Source of the DNA: Trueperaceae bacterium
Lineage (GTDB): Bacteria; Deinococcota; Deinococci; Deinococcales; Trueperaceae
DNA: 64,000 nucleotides
Direction: 5' to 3'
Assembly (NCBI GenBank): GCA_965214405.1
Contig: OZ243956.1
Coordinates: 1,216,001-1,280,000 of the forward strand
Under the pieces are notes generated by a model. That model made no database searches and had not been told where the DNA came from. It saw only the letters and a list, made by a program, of their open reading frames with translations. Position 1 is the first letter of the stretch. Each line of letters opens with the position of its first letter. Positions 21,546-30,591 of this stretch are shown here, piece after piece. The position numbers and the translations under genes were made by a program.

Positions 21546-21907
21546 AAGAAGTGCCGAGTTCTAAAGAGCGACTACTCCAGCAGGCGACGCGGGCAACTTG
21601 AACGTCAGCCCCAACGTCAGGATGTTGATGTCGAGCAGCATAGGGGTCACTAGACCCGACCCCAGTGGGTCTGCTATCTGCCGAACTTCCAGTTCGTCCG
21701 GTCCAGGCACAGGCTGTAGCTTTGTCCGGGATGTAAACTCAGCGCGTGCCTGAAAACTGTCGCATCAGACAAATGCAAGCCTCAAAAAAACGCTGCGCCC
21801 GTCTGTAAAACGAATCCGCTTGGGCTCCGCCCTCCACCATGCCCACCAATGTCGCCATACTGACGCCCTACTACCGGAAGCTTTACAAAGTCTTCATATT
21901 TCTGTGG

Positions 21908-21933
21908 TACAGTATTTTCAGTAAGATTTGAAA
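21908..21933 (+). promoter_or_regulatory. -10 box plus palindromic operator for the downstream GbsR/MarR regulator
   Basis: TACAGT at 21908, then the TTTCAG-N6-TTGAAA inverted repeat at 21916-21933. Confidence 0.5.
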
Positions 21934-21967
21934 GTTCTAAATGTTTATTCTATACAGGAGGTACCTT

Positions 21968-22447
21968 TTGAGCAAGGTCAAGGAAAGCTACATCGAGGAA
22001 GTCGGCTTAAAGCTCGAGCAGAGCGGCATGACCCGCATGTCCGGGCGCGTGCTGGGCGCGCTTCTTGTGGCCGACCCCGCCGAGAAGTCCGCCGACGAGC
22101 TGGCCGAAACCTTGCAAGCGAGCCGGGGTTCTATCAGCACCGCGACGCGTTATCTCATCCAACTCGGCTTTATCGAGCGGGTCTCGAAACCCGGCGAGCG
22201 GCGCGACTACTTCCGCAACAAACCCGGTGCCTGGGTGGAGATGACCCGCCGGAGTATAGAGGAGGCGCGGCTCTACCGGGAACTGGCGGAACGGGGTCTG
22301 GGGCTGCTCGAGTCGGGTGACCCCGAAGTGCGGCGTGGGCTCGAGGAGATGCGCGACTTTTACTCCTTCGCCGAGCGCGAGTTCCCGAGCGTGTTTGAGC
22401 GCTGGGACGCGCTCAAAGCGTCAAAAGAGGAGCTGACTCCGGCATGA
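21968..22447 (+). CDS. GbsR/MarR-family transcriptional regulator
   Basis: GMTRMSGRVLGALL, ELAETLQASRGSISTATRYL and PGERRDYF; RBS CAGGAGG before TTG 21968. Confidence 0.88.
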   Translation: MSKVKESYIEEVGLKLEQSGMTRMSGRVLGALLVADPAEKSADELAETLQASRGSISTATRYLIQLGFIERVSKPGERRDYFRNKPGAWVEMTRRSIEEARLYRELAERGLGLLESGDPEVRRGLEEMRDFYSFAEREFPSVFERWDALKASKEELTPA

Positions 22448-22547
22448 CGGCCCTTATAGTCGGCCTCACCGCTTTGTCGGTAGCGACTTCATACGCCAGT
22501 CCGAGAAGAAACCTCACGATTCCTATGTTTCTCCAAAGGAGCACCCC

Positions 22548-23774
22548 GTGACCACCTCCATCTCCCGTCTCGCCTGGCGCAACCTGTGGCGGCACAAGCG
22601 GCGCACGCAGCTTCTTCTGGCGGTGGTGGCCTACGCCACGGTCGCCATCATCTTCTTCTGGGGCTTTTACGACGGCTTCGTCAACGTGCTGTTGGGCGGT
22701 CAGGCGCGTTACTTGAGCGCCCCGGTGATGGTGCAGACCGTGGCTTACCGGACCGACCCCGACCCGGAGAACAGCCTGCCAACGCTGGATTTTGAAGACG
22801 CGCTCACAGGGGTCGAGGGCGTGCGGGGGTTTGCGCCAAGGCTCGAGTTCCAAGCGCTCCTGCGTTCGCCCTACCGCACCCTCGGCGCACAGGTACGCGG
22901 CATCGACCCGAGTTTAGAAGATCAAGTCAGCAACATCGGCGGCGACATCGGCGAGGGTCGCATGGTCGAGAACGAGGGCGAGCTTGTGCTGGGCAAGGTT
23001 CTCGCCGAAGATTTAGACGTGCGCGTGGGCGAACGCTTAGCGCTCGACGTGCAATCCGTGGGCGGCTCTCAGGGCGCGGGCTTACAAGTCGTGGGCATCA
23101 TCGACAGCAACATCAACCCGGTGGATGAGGGCGTGGTGCTGGTCCACTTGGCGGACGCTAGAACGCTTACGGGTGTGGACACGGCAACAGGCGTCGCGCT
23201 CGACGTGCGGCAGGGCGACGAGGAAGGGGTAGCCGAAGCCCTTGACACCGCGGCGGTTTTACCACAAGGCGTGGCGGCTTACCCCATCAGCGAACTTTTA
23301 GGCGGCCTCATGGCGGGCATCGAGGACAAACGCGCGTCGATGATTCCGATCGTCCTGATGATTGCCCTCTTCGCCGCCGTGACCGTCATGAGCACCGTGA
23401 TTGTCAGCGTGATAGAGCGCACGCGCGAGTTCGGCGTGATTACCTCGCTGGGGCTCAGTCAGGGTCAGATCGCGCGGATGGTGACGCTCGAGGCCGTCTA
23501 CACCACCTTTATCGGGTTCGCCGCGGGCGCGGTACTTGGGTTTGGCCTGAACGCGCTGATGTCCGCGACCAACCTCTTGGGACCCTTTATCAACACCTTC
23601 TACGGCGCTTACCTGTCCGGCTTGGCGCTGAGTGATGAGTTTGTGCTGGCCTCGAGCCTGACCTACTTGGCTTGGGCGGCCGTCACCATTCTTATTGCGG
23701 CAGTGCTTGCCATTGTCGTGCCCGGCAGGCGCGTGAGAAACCTCAATCCGGCAGAGGCGATGCGGGCGAACTAG
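22548..23774 (+). CDS. FtsX/LolE-like ABC permease
   Basis: LAWRNLWRHKRRT, large periplasmic domain, SVIERTREFG and NPAEAMR. Confidence 0.9.
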   Translation: MTTSISRLAWRNLWRHKRRTQLLLAVVAYATVAIIFFWGFYDGFVNVLLGGQARYLSAPVMVQTVAYRTDPDPENSLPTLDFEDALTGVEGVRGFAPRLEFQALLRSPYRTLGAQVRGIDPSLEDQVSNIGGDIGEGRMVENEGELVLGKVLAEDLDVRVGERLALDVQSVGGSQGAGLQVVGIIDSNINPVDEGVVLVHLADARTLTGVDTATGVALDVRQGDEEGVAEALDTAAVLPQGVAAYPISELLGGLMAGIEDKRASMIPIVLMIALFAAVTVMSTVIVSVIERTREFGVITSLGLSQGQIARMVTLEAVYTTFIGFAAGAVLGFGLNALMSATNLLGPFINTFYGAYLSGLALSDEFVLASSLTYLAWAAVTILIAAVLAIVVPGRRVRNLNPAEAMRAN

Positions 23775-23777
23775 AAA

Positions 23778-23838
23778 AGTGGCGAGTGGTGAGTGGTTAG
23801 AGCTGCCAATCGTACAACTCACCAACCACGACTCAACC
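23778..23838. repeat. Heptamer tandem-repeat hairpin (copy 1)
   Basis: AGTGGCG-AGTGGTG-AGTGGTT-AG followed by complementary CT-CACCAAC-CACGACT. Confidence 0.6.
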
Positions 23839-23859
23839 AAAACAAAAAAGGAGGCGAAC

Positions 23860-24819
23860 ATGTCAAACTGGACCGAAAAGAACATACCTAACGTAGAAGG
23901 CGAAGTCACCGTCGTGACAGGCGCGAACAGCGGGATTGGGTATGAAGCCGCCAGGGCTCTCGCCGACAAGGGTGCGCGCGTTGTCATGGCCTGCCGCAAC
24001 CTGGACAAGGCGAACGAGGCGGCGAGGACGATTCGCCGTAAGAACCCGAACGCCTCTGTGGAGGTCATGAAGCTGAATCTGGGCGACCTCGAGTCGGTCC
24101 GCCACTTTGCAAAAGATTACAAGGCGCGCTTTGACCGGCTCGACCTGCTTATCAACAACGCGGGCGTGATGGTTCCCCCTTATGGCAAGACCAAGGACGG
24201 CTTTGAGATGCAGTTCGGTGTGAATCACTTGGGGCACTTTGCGCTTACGGGCAGGCTTATGGAGACACTTTTAGACACGCCAGGCTCGAGGGTCGTGACC
24301 GTCTCCTCCGGCGCGCACCGCATGGGAGAAATGAACTTTGGCGACTTGCAGTCGGAAAGAAATTACAGGGCCTGGGCTGCTTATGCTCAGAGCAAGCTGG
24401 CGAACCTGCTTTTCACCTTTGAGCTGCAAGACCGCCTGCGGGCGGCGGGCGCGGAAACAAAAGCTGTGGCCGCGCATCCCGGCTATAGCGGGACCAACTT
24501 GCAGCAGCACTCGAGGCTTTCCCAGATGGGCAACCGCTTCGTGGCCCAGTCGCCCGCGATGGGCGCGCTGCCCACCTTACGCGCCGCCACCGCTTCGGAC
24601 GTTCGCGGCGGCGACTACTACGGCCCCGATGGCTGGCTGGAGATGCGCGGAGAGCCGGAGCGGGTGGGGGCGAGCGACGCGGCCTACAAGAAGTCCACAG
24701 GCGTGAAGCTTTGGGAGGTTTCGGAAAGCTTGACGGGCGTGCATTACGACGCGCTGCAAACGAATATCTACGGGCCTTCTCAATTACAAGCTGGCTCGAG
24801 CGTAAGGAGCCAACGATGA
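23860..24819 (+). CDS. Short-chain dehydrogenase (retinol-DH/WWOX-like)
   Basis: TGANSGIG, NNAG, NHLGHF and YAQSK; RBS AAGGAGG. Confidence 0.92.
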   Translation: MSNWTEKNIPNVEGEVTVVTGANSGIGYEAARALADKGARVVMACRNLDKANEAARTIRRKNPNASVEVMKLNLGDLESVRHFAKDYKARFDRLDLLINNAGVMVPPYGKTKDGFEMQFGVNHLGHFALTGRLMETLLDTPGSRVVTVSSGAHRMGEMNFGDLQSERNYRAWAAYAQSKLANLLFTFELQDRLRAAGAETKAVAAHPGYSGTNLQQHSRLSQMGNRFVAQSPAMGALPTLRAATASDVRGGDYYGPDGWLEMRGEPERVGASDAAYKKSTGVKLWEVSESLTGVHYDALQTNIYGPSQLQAGSSVRSQR

Positions 24820-25565
24820 AAAGAGTTTTGTTGACCCTCGCCCTTGCTTTGGTGGCGACTCTGACAACCTCTGTCACGGCGCAAGAGGACGCGAACGCCA
24901 TCCTCGAGGCCATCGTGAACAACCTGCGCGGCGAGTCGCAGGTGGCAACCTTGAACATGCAGGTCATCCGCCCCGACGAAGAAGACGTTTACACCATGCG
25001 CATCTATAGCGAAGGCGAGGAGCAAGGTTTAACCAGAGTGATTGCCCCACCACGCGACGCCGGGCAAGCTTTCTTAAACGACGGCGACAACGTTTTCATC
25101 TACAATCCGCGTTTGCGCCGGGTGCTGCGGCTGCCGCCGAGCGGCCAGAGCGATTCGTTCTTGGGTTCGGACATTTCCTATAACGATTTAGCAGGGGACG
25201 ACTTAGAAGAGAACTATCAGGCGAGTATCGTGGAAGAAACCGAAACGAGCGTCACCTTGGAACTTGTACCCAGCCCAAACGCCCCGACGCCTTACGGCAG
25301 GGTCGAGCTGACCGCCGAAAAGCCCTCTTACGCGCCCACCAACATCACCTACTACGACCAGCGCGGCAACGCCGTGAAAGAAAACATCTTATCCGACTAC
25401 GCCGAGGTGGACGGCCTTTACATCCCGCAGCGTTTCGAGGTGACGGATTTGTTAGAAGAGGGCCACAGAACCGTCGTCACCTGGCAAGACGCCGACTTCG
25501 GCGTGGACATTCCCGAGGCGTGCTTTACGCAGAACGCCCTAGAGCGTGAGGGGGCCTGCGAATGA
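24816..25565 (+). CDS. LolA-like 'outer membrane lipoprotein-sorting' periplasmic protein
   Basis: Signal peptide; PPRDAGQAFL, YNPRLRRV and SFLGSDISYNDL. Confidence 0.85.
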   Translation: MKRVLLTLALALVATLTTSVTAQEDANAILEAIVNNLRGESQVATLNMQVIRPDEEDVYTMRIYSEGEEQGLTRVIAPPRDAGQAFLNDGDNVFIYNPRLRRVLRLPPSGQSDSFLGSDISYNDLAGDDLEENYQASIVEETETSVTLELVPSPNAPTPYGRVELTAEKPSYAPTNITYYDQRGNAVKENILSDYAEVDGLYIPQRFEVTDLLEEGHRTVVTWQDADFGVDIPEACFTQNALEREGACE

Positions 25566-26791
25566 TAGCCCTCGCCTGGCGCAACCTGTGGCGGCAGGGG
25601 CGGCGCAGCCTCATTTCAGTCTTGGCCGTCGCCATCGTCGTGCTGTTCGCCATTGTGATGTACAGCTTCGGCGGCGCGCTGACGAACGGCATGTACGGGG
25701 ACCTAACCGACCAGGTGGGCAACGTTCAGATTCACACCGAGGGCTACCGGGACGCGCGGAGCTTTGGGGCTGGGCTGTTAGAGAACGCCGCAGAAGTGAG
25801 AGAGACGGTGGCGCAGACCCTCCCCGACGCGGTGACGGTGGGATCGTTGCAGGTCCCCAGTCTGGTGGCGGGCGAGGACCGCTCGAGGGGTTTGGCCGTA
25901 CAGGGTCAGGATTGGCCCGAAGAGCTGCGAGCAGACTTTGTCAACGACTATCTTGCAGAAGGTAGCTTTGTCGAGGGCGACAACGTGACGGGCATCATGC
26001 TCGGACGCTCTTTGGCGACCGCCTTGGAAGTCGGTTTGGGTGACGACGTGTACGTCTACGCCCCCGGCACCGAAGGCTACGGCGCGGCGGCTTACACCGT
26101 CGAAGGGCTCCTAGACTTCGAAGACCCCAACCGCGAAATCAACTCGGCGTATCTCTCGCTCGCTGCCGCGCAAGAGTTAGCCGCGCCGGACGCGGTGAGT
26201 CGGCTCGAGCTTCACTTCCCCGGCGTCAATACCCTAGACCAAGATGCTCAAACCGCAAACGAAGTTGCCGCCCTTAAAAGCGCCCTGCCCGAGAACCTAA
26301 CAGTCGAAGGCTGGCGGGACATCGACCCTAGCCTGGCGACGCTGGTCCAGTTCTTCACGCCCGTGCTGCTCGTCATGTCGCTCATCTTTTTCGTGCTGGC
26401 GGGGCTGCTGGTGCTCAATACGGTTTATCTAAGCACCTTGGAGCGCGTGCGCGAGTTCGGCGTCATCCTGAGTCTAGGCGCTAGGGGCCGCCGGGTCTTG
26501 GGGATGGTCACGCTCGAGAGCCTGCTGCTGTGCCTCTCGGGCGCGGCCTTGGGGCTGGCTATCGGGCTGCCGCTTGTCTGGCTCGGCTCTAACGGCTTCG
26601 CTATGCCCGGCTACGCCGAAGAGATGCTGGCGGAAGTCGGTTTGCCCAACGTCTTCTACCTCTCTATTGAACCGTGGCAAGTGCTGCTCGCTGTCGGCTT
26701 CGCCGTCCTCACCGCCTTTTTTGCCGCCTTGGGTCCTGCGCGGATGGCGGCCAACATCGAACCCGCCGAGGCGATGCGCTACACCGCCTGA
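25562..26791 (+). CDS. FtsX/LolE-like ABC permease
   Basis: LAWRNLWRQGRRS, STLERVREFG and EPAEAMR; paralogue of 22548..23774. Confidence 0.9.
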   Translation: MIALAWRNLWRQGRRSLISVLAVAIVVLFAIVMYSFGGALTNGMYGDLTDQVGNVQIHTEGYRDARSFGAGLLENAAEVRETVAQTLPDAVTVGSLQVPSLVAGEDRSRGLAVQGQDWPEELRADFVNDYLAEGSFVEGDNVTGIMLGRSLATALEVGLGDDVYVYAPGTEGYGAAAYTVEGLLDFEDPNREINSAYLSLAAAQELAAPDAVSRLELHFPGVNTLDQDAQTANEVAALKSALPENLTVEGWRDIDPSLATLVQFFTPVLLVMSLIFFVLAGLLVLNTVYLSTLERVREFGVILSLGARGRRVLGMVTLESLLLCLSGAALGLAIGLPLVWLGSNGFAMPGYAEEMLAEVGLPNVFYLSIEPWQVLLAVGFAVLTAFFAALGPARMAANIEPAEAMRYTA

Positions 26792-26824
26792 ACCTGACAC
26801 TCGAGCCGCAGAAAGGAAAACAAC

Positions 26825-27523
26825 ATGCCCCTTTTCGAAGTCAAGAACCTCAAAAAGACTTACCAAATCGGTGATATCAAAACTCACGCGCTCAGAGGCG
26901 TAGACCTCACCATCGACAAGGGCGAGTTCACCGCCATCGCCGGACCCTCGGGCTCGGGCAAGAGTACGCTGCTACACCTCATGGGCGACCTCGACAAGCC
27001 GACCTCGGGTGAAATCTACTTGAACGGCCAACGCATCGACCAGTTGGATAAAAAGGAAGGCGCGGCGATGCGGCTCGACAAGTTGGGCTTCGTGTTCCAG
27101 GCTTACAACCTGATTCCCGTGTTGACGGCACTAGAGAACGCCGCCTTTGTTTTGGAGCTGCAAGGCGTAGGTAAAAAAGAGCGCGAGGCCAGAGCGATGG
27201 AATCTCTCAAAGCGCTCGGTATCGCCGAGTTTGCCGACCGCAAACCCAACCAGCTCTCGGGCGGTCAGCAGCAGCGCGTGGCGGTGGCGAGGGCTTTTGC
27301 CGCCGAGCCCGACATCATCTTGGCGGACGAGCCGACTGCCAACTTAGACAGCAAATCGGGGAGTGACCTCATCGAGATGATGAAACGCCTCAACGAGGAG
27401 CAGGGTGTGACGTTTGTGTTTTCGACGCACGACCCGCGGTTGTTGGAGCACGTGAAGCGCACGGTCAACTTGGAGGATGGTCAAATCGTCGGGGCGCACG
27501 AGCGCGAGGCGGTCCTTGCTTGA
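26825..27523 (+). CDS. LolD/MacB-like ABC ATPase
   Basis: GPSGSGKS, LSGGQQQR, ILADEPTANLD and STHD. Confidence 0.95.
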   Translation: MPLFEVKNLKKTYQIGDIKTHALRGVDLTIDKGEFTAIAGPSGSGKSTLLHLMGDLDKPTSGEIYLNGQRIDQLDKKEGAAMRLDKLGFVFQAYNLIPVLTALENAAFVLELQGVGKKEREARAMESLKALGIAEFADRKPNQLSGGQQQRVAVARAFAAEPDIILADEPTANLDSKSGSDLIEMMKRLNEEQGVTFVFSTHDPRLLEHVKRTVNLEDGQIVGAHEREAVLA

Positions 27524-27572
27524 GGAAAGCTAAGGGGCTGCTTTTGGCCCCCGCCTTGCTCGAGGAACCACC

Positions 27573-28517
27573 ATGAAACCTCTTCTTATCCTGTTCGCGT
27601 GTCTCGCCACCTCCCTTTCATTCGCTCAATTCGGCTACCGGGGCGAACTCATCTTGGGAGCGGACACCACCGTCATTCCCGGTCTGACCGAGAGCGTGGG
27701 CTGGACCTTGGCGGCGCATCTGGAGGCCGATTACGAACTCGAGCCCCTCACCTTTAGTCTCCAGCTCGACCCGAGCCTGCGCGTCAGCGACCCCGTCACC
27801 GCGGAACTTGGTCTTACCGAGGCTTATGTGGCTGCACCTGTGGGAGACATAGAGCTGAGCGCGGGGGTTGAGCGGCTGCCGCTCGAGTACGCGCGCCTGA
27901 CGCTGCCCTTTAACGTGGAGCGGGTGAACCGGCGCGGGGTGCGTTTGGGTGTGCCCGGCGTCCGGGCGGTCCTGTACGCCGACCCCTACCGGGTGCGCGG
28001 GGCGCTCTTTTATGAGGACGTGCTCACGCCGCTCGTGAGCGTGCGGCGGAGCTTTGGCGAGTTCGAGTTGGAGGCCACCGCGCTCTATCGGGACGGGTTC
28101 GTCGCGGGTGTGGGCGGTAGCGGCGCGGTTGGCGACCTGGTGGTCTACGGCGAGGGGTGGTTTTTGACAGATTCGGCGGACGTGCGCGGCGCGTTTGGCG
28201 TCACGGGTTTTCTGGGCAGCAGGCTCTGGACCGTAGAAGCGGCCTATGCACCCCTCATTACCGAAGCCTTTGAGCGGGGCGAAGACCTCTTGCCCGCAGC
28301 GCCGCGCCTGGCCGGGCAGATGGCTCTTTTTCAGGATGAGGACTCGAGCCTAGAACTCGACGCGCGGGTAGGTTTCCCGGACACGGGCGTCCAGGTGGTG
28401 CCGACCCTCTCCTACACCGCCCTGGGTGACCAGGAGCTTTCCGCCGTTCTCGGGGCGCGCTTCGGCGAGACCCCTACCGCCGTCAGTTTGGGCGTGAGCG
28501 TCAGGTCGTTTTTCTGA
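27573..28517 (+). CDS. Secreted protein, probable outer-membrane beta-barrel
   Basis: Signal peptide, alternating amphipathic strands, LTEAYV and C-terminal Phe. Confidence 0.65.
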   Translation: MKPLLILFACLATSLSFAQFGYRGELILGADTTVIPGLTESVGWTLAAHLEADYELEPLTFSLQLDPSLRVSDPVTAELGLTEAYVAAPVGDIELSAGVERLPLEYARLTLPFNVERVNRRGVRLGVPGVRAVLYADPYRVRGALFYEDVLTPLVSVRRSFGEFELEATALYRDGFVAGVGGSGAVGDLVVYGEGWFLTDSADVRGAFGVTGFLGSRLWTVEAAYAPLITEAFERGEDLLPAAPRLAGQMALFQDEDSSLELDARVGFPDTGVQVVPTLSYTALGDQELSAVLGARFGETPTAVSLGVSVRSFF

Positions 28518-28579
28518 TTTCAAGGTATGGTTGAAAGTCAGAAGGTACATTTAAGAGTACATTTATAGGAGGCTCGAGC

Positions 28580-29371
28580 GTGACCACACAAACAATCCCT
28601 TCCCCGTCCATGAGCCGCGCCCTCAAGCGCCAGCTTGCCAACATCTTCGCCCTGGGCGCCGTGCTCACCATCAACGCCCTAGCCAACATCTTGCCCATCA
28701 ACGGCGTGACGACGGGCGAGGTGTCCGACGCTTTCCCCAGTCTTTTTACCCCCGCGGGTTACGTATTTAGCATCTGGGGGCTTATCTATACGCTGCTCAC
28801 CATCTTCATCATCTACCAGGCGCTGCCCTCGCAAAAAGACAATCCCCGGCTGGAGAGACTGGGCTACGCGTTTGTCGTGAGTTGCGCCTTTAACTTCTTC
28901 TGGCTGCTCTCCTGGCACTACGGCTTTATCGGGGCGAGCGAGGTGTTGATCGTCGGGTTGTTGGTGTCGCTGATTGTTTGTTACAGGCGCTTAGGAATTG
29001 GCAAGACCGAAGTGTCATTAGCCGAGAGGCTGACCACGCGCTTGGCCTTTAGCGTTTACTTGGGCTGGCTCACCGTGGCGACGGTCGCAAATACGTCCAT
29101 CACACTGCTCGACGTCGGGGTCACGGGGGGCTGGCTCGCGCCGTTCTGGGCGCTCGTCGCCATCGCGGCGGCGGTGGGGATTGGCTACCTCATGCTCAAG
29201 AACCGTGGCGACGTGGCCTATGCGCTGGTGCTGGCCTGGGCGTTTGTCGGCATTGCGGCGAAGCAGTGGGGGGCGGAGCTGCTGGTGGTGGTGGGGGCGC
29301 TTTTAGCTGCCGGGCTGGTGCTCGCGTTTATCGTGCAGCGACTCTTTCGGCGGGGGCGCTTTGCCTTGTGA
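28580..29371 (+). CDS. TspO/MBR-like tryptophan-rich membrane protein
   Basis: FTPAGYVFSIWGLIY, LNxxW-type motif (FNFFW) and SVYLGWLTVATVAN. Confidence 0.8.
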   Translation: MTTQTIPSPSMSRALKRQLANIFALGAVLTINALANILPINGVTTGEVSDAFPSLFTPAGYVFSIWGLIYTLLTIFIIYQALPSQKDNPRLERLGYAFVVSCAFNFFWLLSWHYGFIGASEVLIVGLLVSLIVCYRRLGIGKTEVSLAERLTTRLAFSVYLGWLTVATVANTSITLLDVGVTGGWLAPFWALVAIAAAVGIGYLMLKNRGDVAYALVLAWAFVGIAAKQWGAELLVVVGALLAAGLVLAFIVQRLFRRGRFAL

Positions 29372-29505
29372 CGATAAAGCGCCCCCGCCGCCCTTAGGAA
29401 CAGCTCCTCGCCCTTTCCGGCGTCAGTCGGCAGGCCTACAGCGGATTGTATAAAGGAAGTGCGGTATAGTCTCCTCGCGCTACTTCGGTAGCGACATTAA
29501 CGATC

Positions 29506-29583
29506 CTCTCATGGTCTGGGGAAGCCCGGCGTAACTCCGGCACTGTCCCGCAACGGTGAAAGTCCGAATACCAGCGATGAGAG
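29506..29583 (+). ncRNA. Cobalamin riboswitch (compact form)
   Basis: P1 CTCTCAT/ATGAGAG; GGGAA-GCCCGG-CGTAACT-CCGG-CACTGTCCCGCAACGGT core; B12-box-like AGTCCGAATACC; -10 TATAGT upstream. Confidence 0.85.
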
Positions 29584-29691
29584 CGAGCGTGCCACCTTGC
29601 GAGCGACAGGGTAGGGCGCGAAAGAGCACGCACAAACGAGCTGCGTGCTCGCGTTCTCAAGTCTCGCAAGCTGCCGCTGTTGGAGGCGCTT

Positions 29692-29772
29692 GTGAAGGTT
29701 GCCAGAAGTCTTTTTTTCCTGCTGAGTTTCACCATAGCGTTCGCCACCCCATACCCGCTCACGGTTACGGAC
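29692..29772 (+). pseudogene. btuF: 5' stub of a cobalamin ABC substrate-binding protein
   Basis: RBS GGAGG; signal peptide plus YPLTVTD (typical BtuF/Fe-siderophore SBP start) directly after the riboswitch; then an abrupt switch to unrelated sequence. Confidence 0.65.
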
Positions 29773-29921
29773 GGGTCACCGGGCGAGCCCTTGCCCTCCG
29801 CCTTGCGCATGAACAGGTACTTCTTGTTCGCTAGGGTTAGCTGCACCATCGTCGACACCACCTTCTGCTCCTCACCCTCTTGGTCGTCTTTCTCGGTTGA
29901 CGGGTCACGCTTTCGCGCCAT
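29773..29921 (-). pseudogene. Small mobile-element gene, 3'-truncated at the island junction
   Basis: MARKRDPSTEKDD...KGSPGD, then reads into the antisense of the btuF stub. Confidence 0.45.
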
Positions 29922-29965
29922 TAGCCAGACTTCTTACAAACTACCCGAGCCTTCACAGCGCCCGC

Positions 29966-30340
29966 CTACTCCAGCCTTTCTGGGGTGAAGCTGTAGCGCA
30001 CCAGACTGATGCCCGGCGCACCCGTTCCCACGGTACGGATGAGGTACTGCCCGTCCTCCTGCGGCGTGAAGGTCAGCTCAGGTGGTGCGGCGAAGGTGCT
30101 GTAGTTATGGGTGGTGTCAAGGGGCTCCTCTTCACCTACCTGGTAGAACTCGACCTGGTAGGAGCCGTTGTAGCGGCTGTCGGAGGTGTCATAGTCGAAA
30201 GAGAGCAAGACGGTCTCGTTGAACGTGCCCATGAAGCGGTAGGTGTTAAAGGAATCGACGCAGATGGCGGGTAGCCCTAGGCGCATCCCTTGGAGGATCA
30301 TCGGGACGCTCAAGTTGTCTTCGGGGTCGAGCAGCGTGAA
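29966..30340 (-). pseudogene. 3' fragment of a hypothetical gene
   Basis: Protein-like frame (FTLLDPEDNLSVPMILQG...YSFTPERLE) open to ~30340 with no convincing start or RBS. Confidence 0.55.
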
Positions 30341-30588
30341 CCGAGCAAGACGTCACCCCTTACAGAGTCAGTCAGGTCTCAGATTTAAGCCTCACGACGG
30401 TCTATGGGATCAACAAAGACAAAACGACGAGAATTGATGAGGTGACGTTAAGTGCGCTTTTAGTTGCCCTGGAAGACCTCACAGGGAAGCGCTTGGAGGT
30501 CTCGGATATTGTGGCGTTCGGGCGCGACTCACAAGGACAAAGCGCGTGGTTGCTGAGGTGGTTTTGGAGCATAAAAGCTATTGTGTGA
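30340..30588 (+). pseudogene. 5'-truncated Cro/C1 (HTH_26-like) regulator
   Basis: Not in the ORF track: EQDVTPYRVSQVSDLSLTTVYGINKDKTTRIDEVTLSALLVALEDLTGKRLEVSDIVAF. No start codon; resembles 41580..41849. Confidence 0.7.
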
Positions 30589-30591
30589 AAT

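Noticed and set aside
21546..21900. 350-bp spacer after argJ as an ncRNA or gene remnant
   Set aside because: Only short hairpins and ORFs; no recognisable motif.
29770..29908. GACGGGTCAC direct repeat as an att site or target duplication
   Set aside because: Only 10 bp, 129 bp apart, with no integrase and no matching copy seen at the island's right end.
29436..29988. ORF-track proteins 29436..29921 and 29680..29988 as full genes
   Set aside because: Both cross the junction at 29772 and are chimeric read-throughs.
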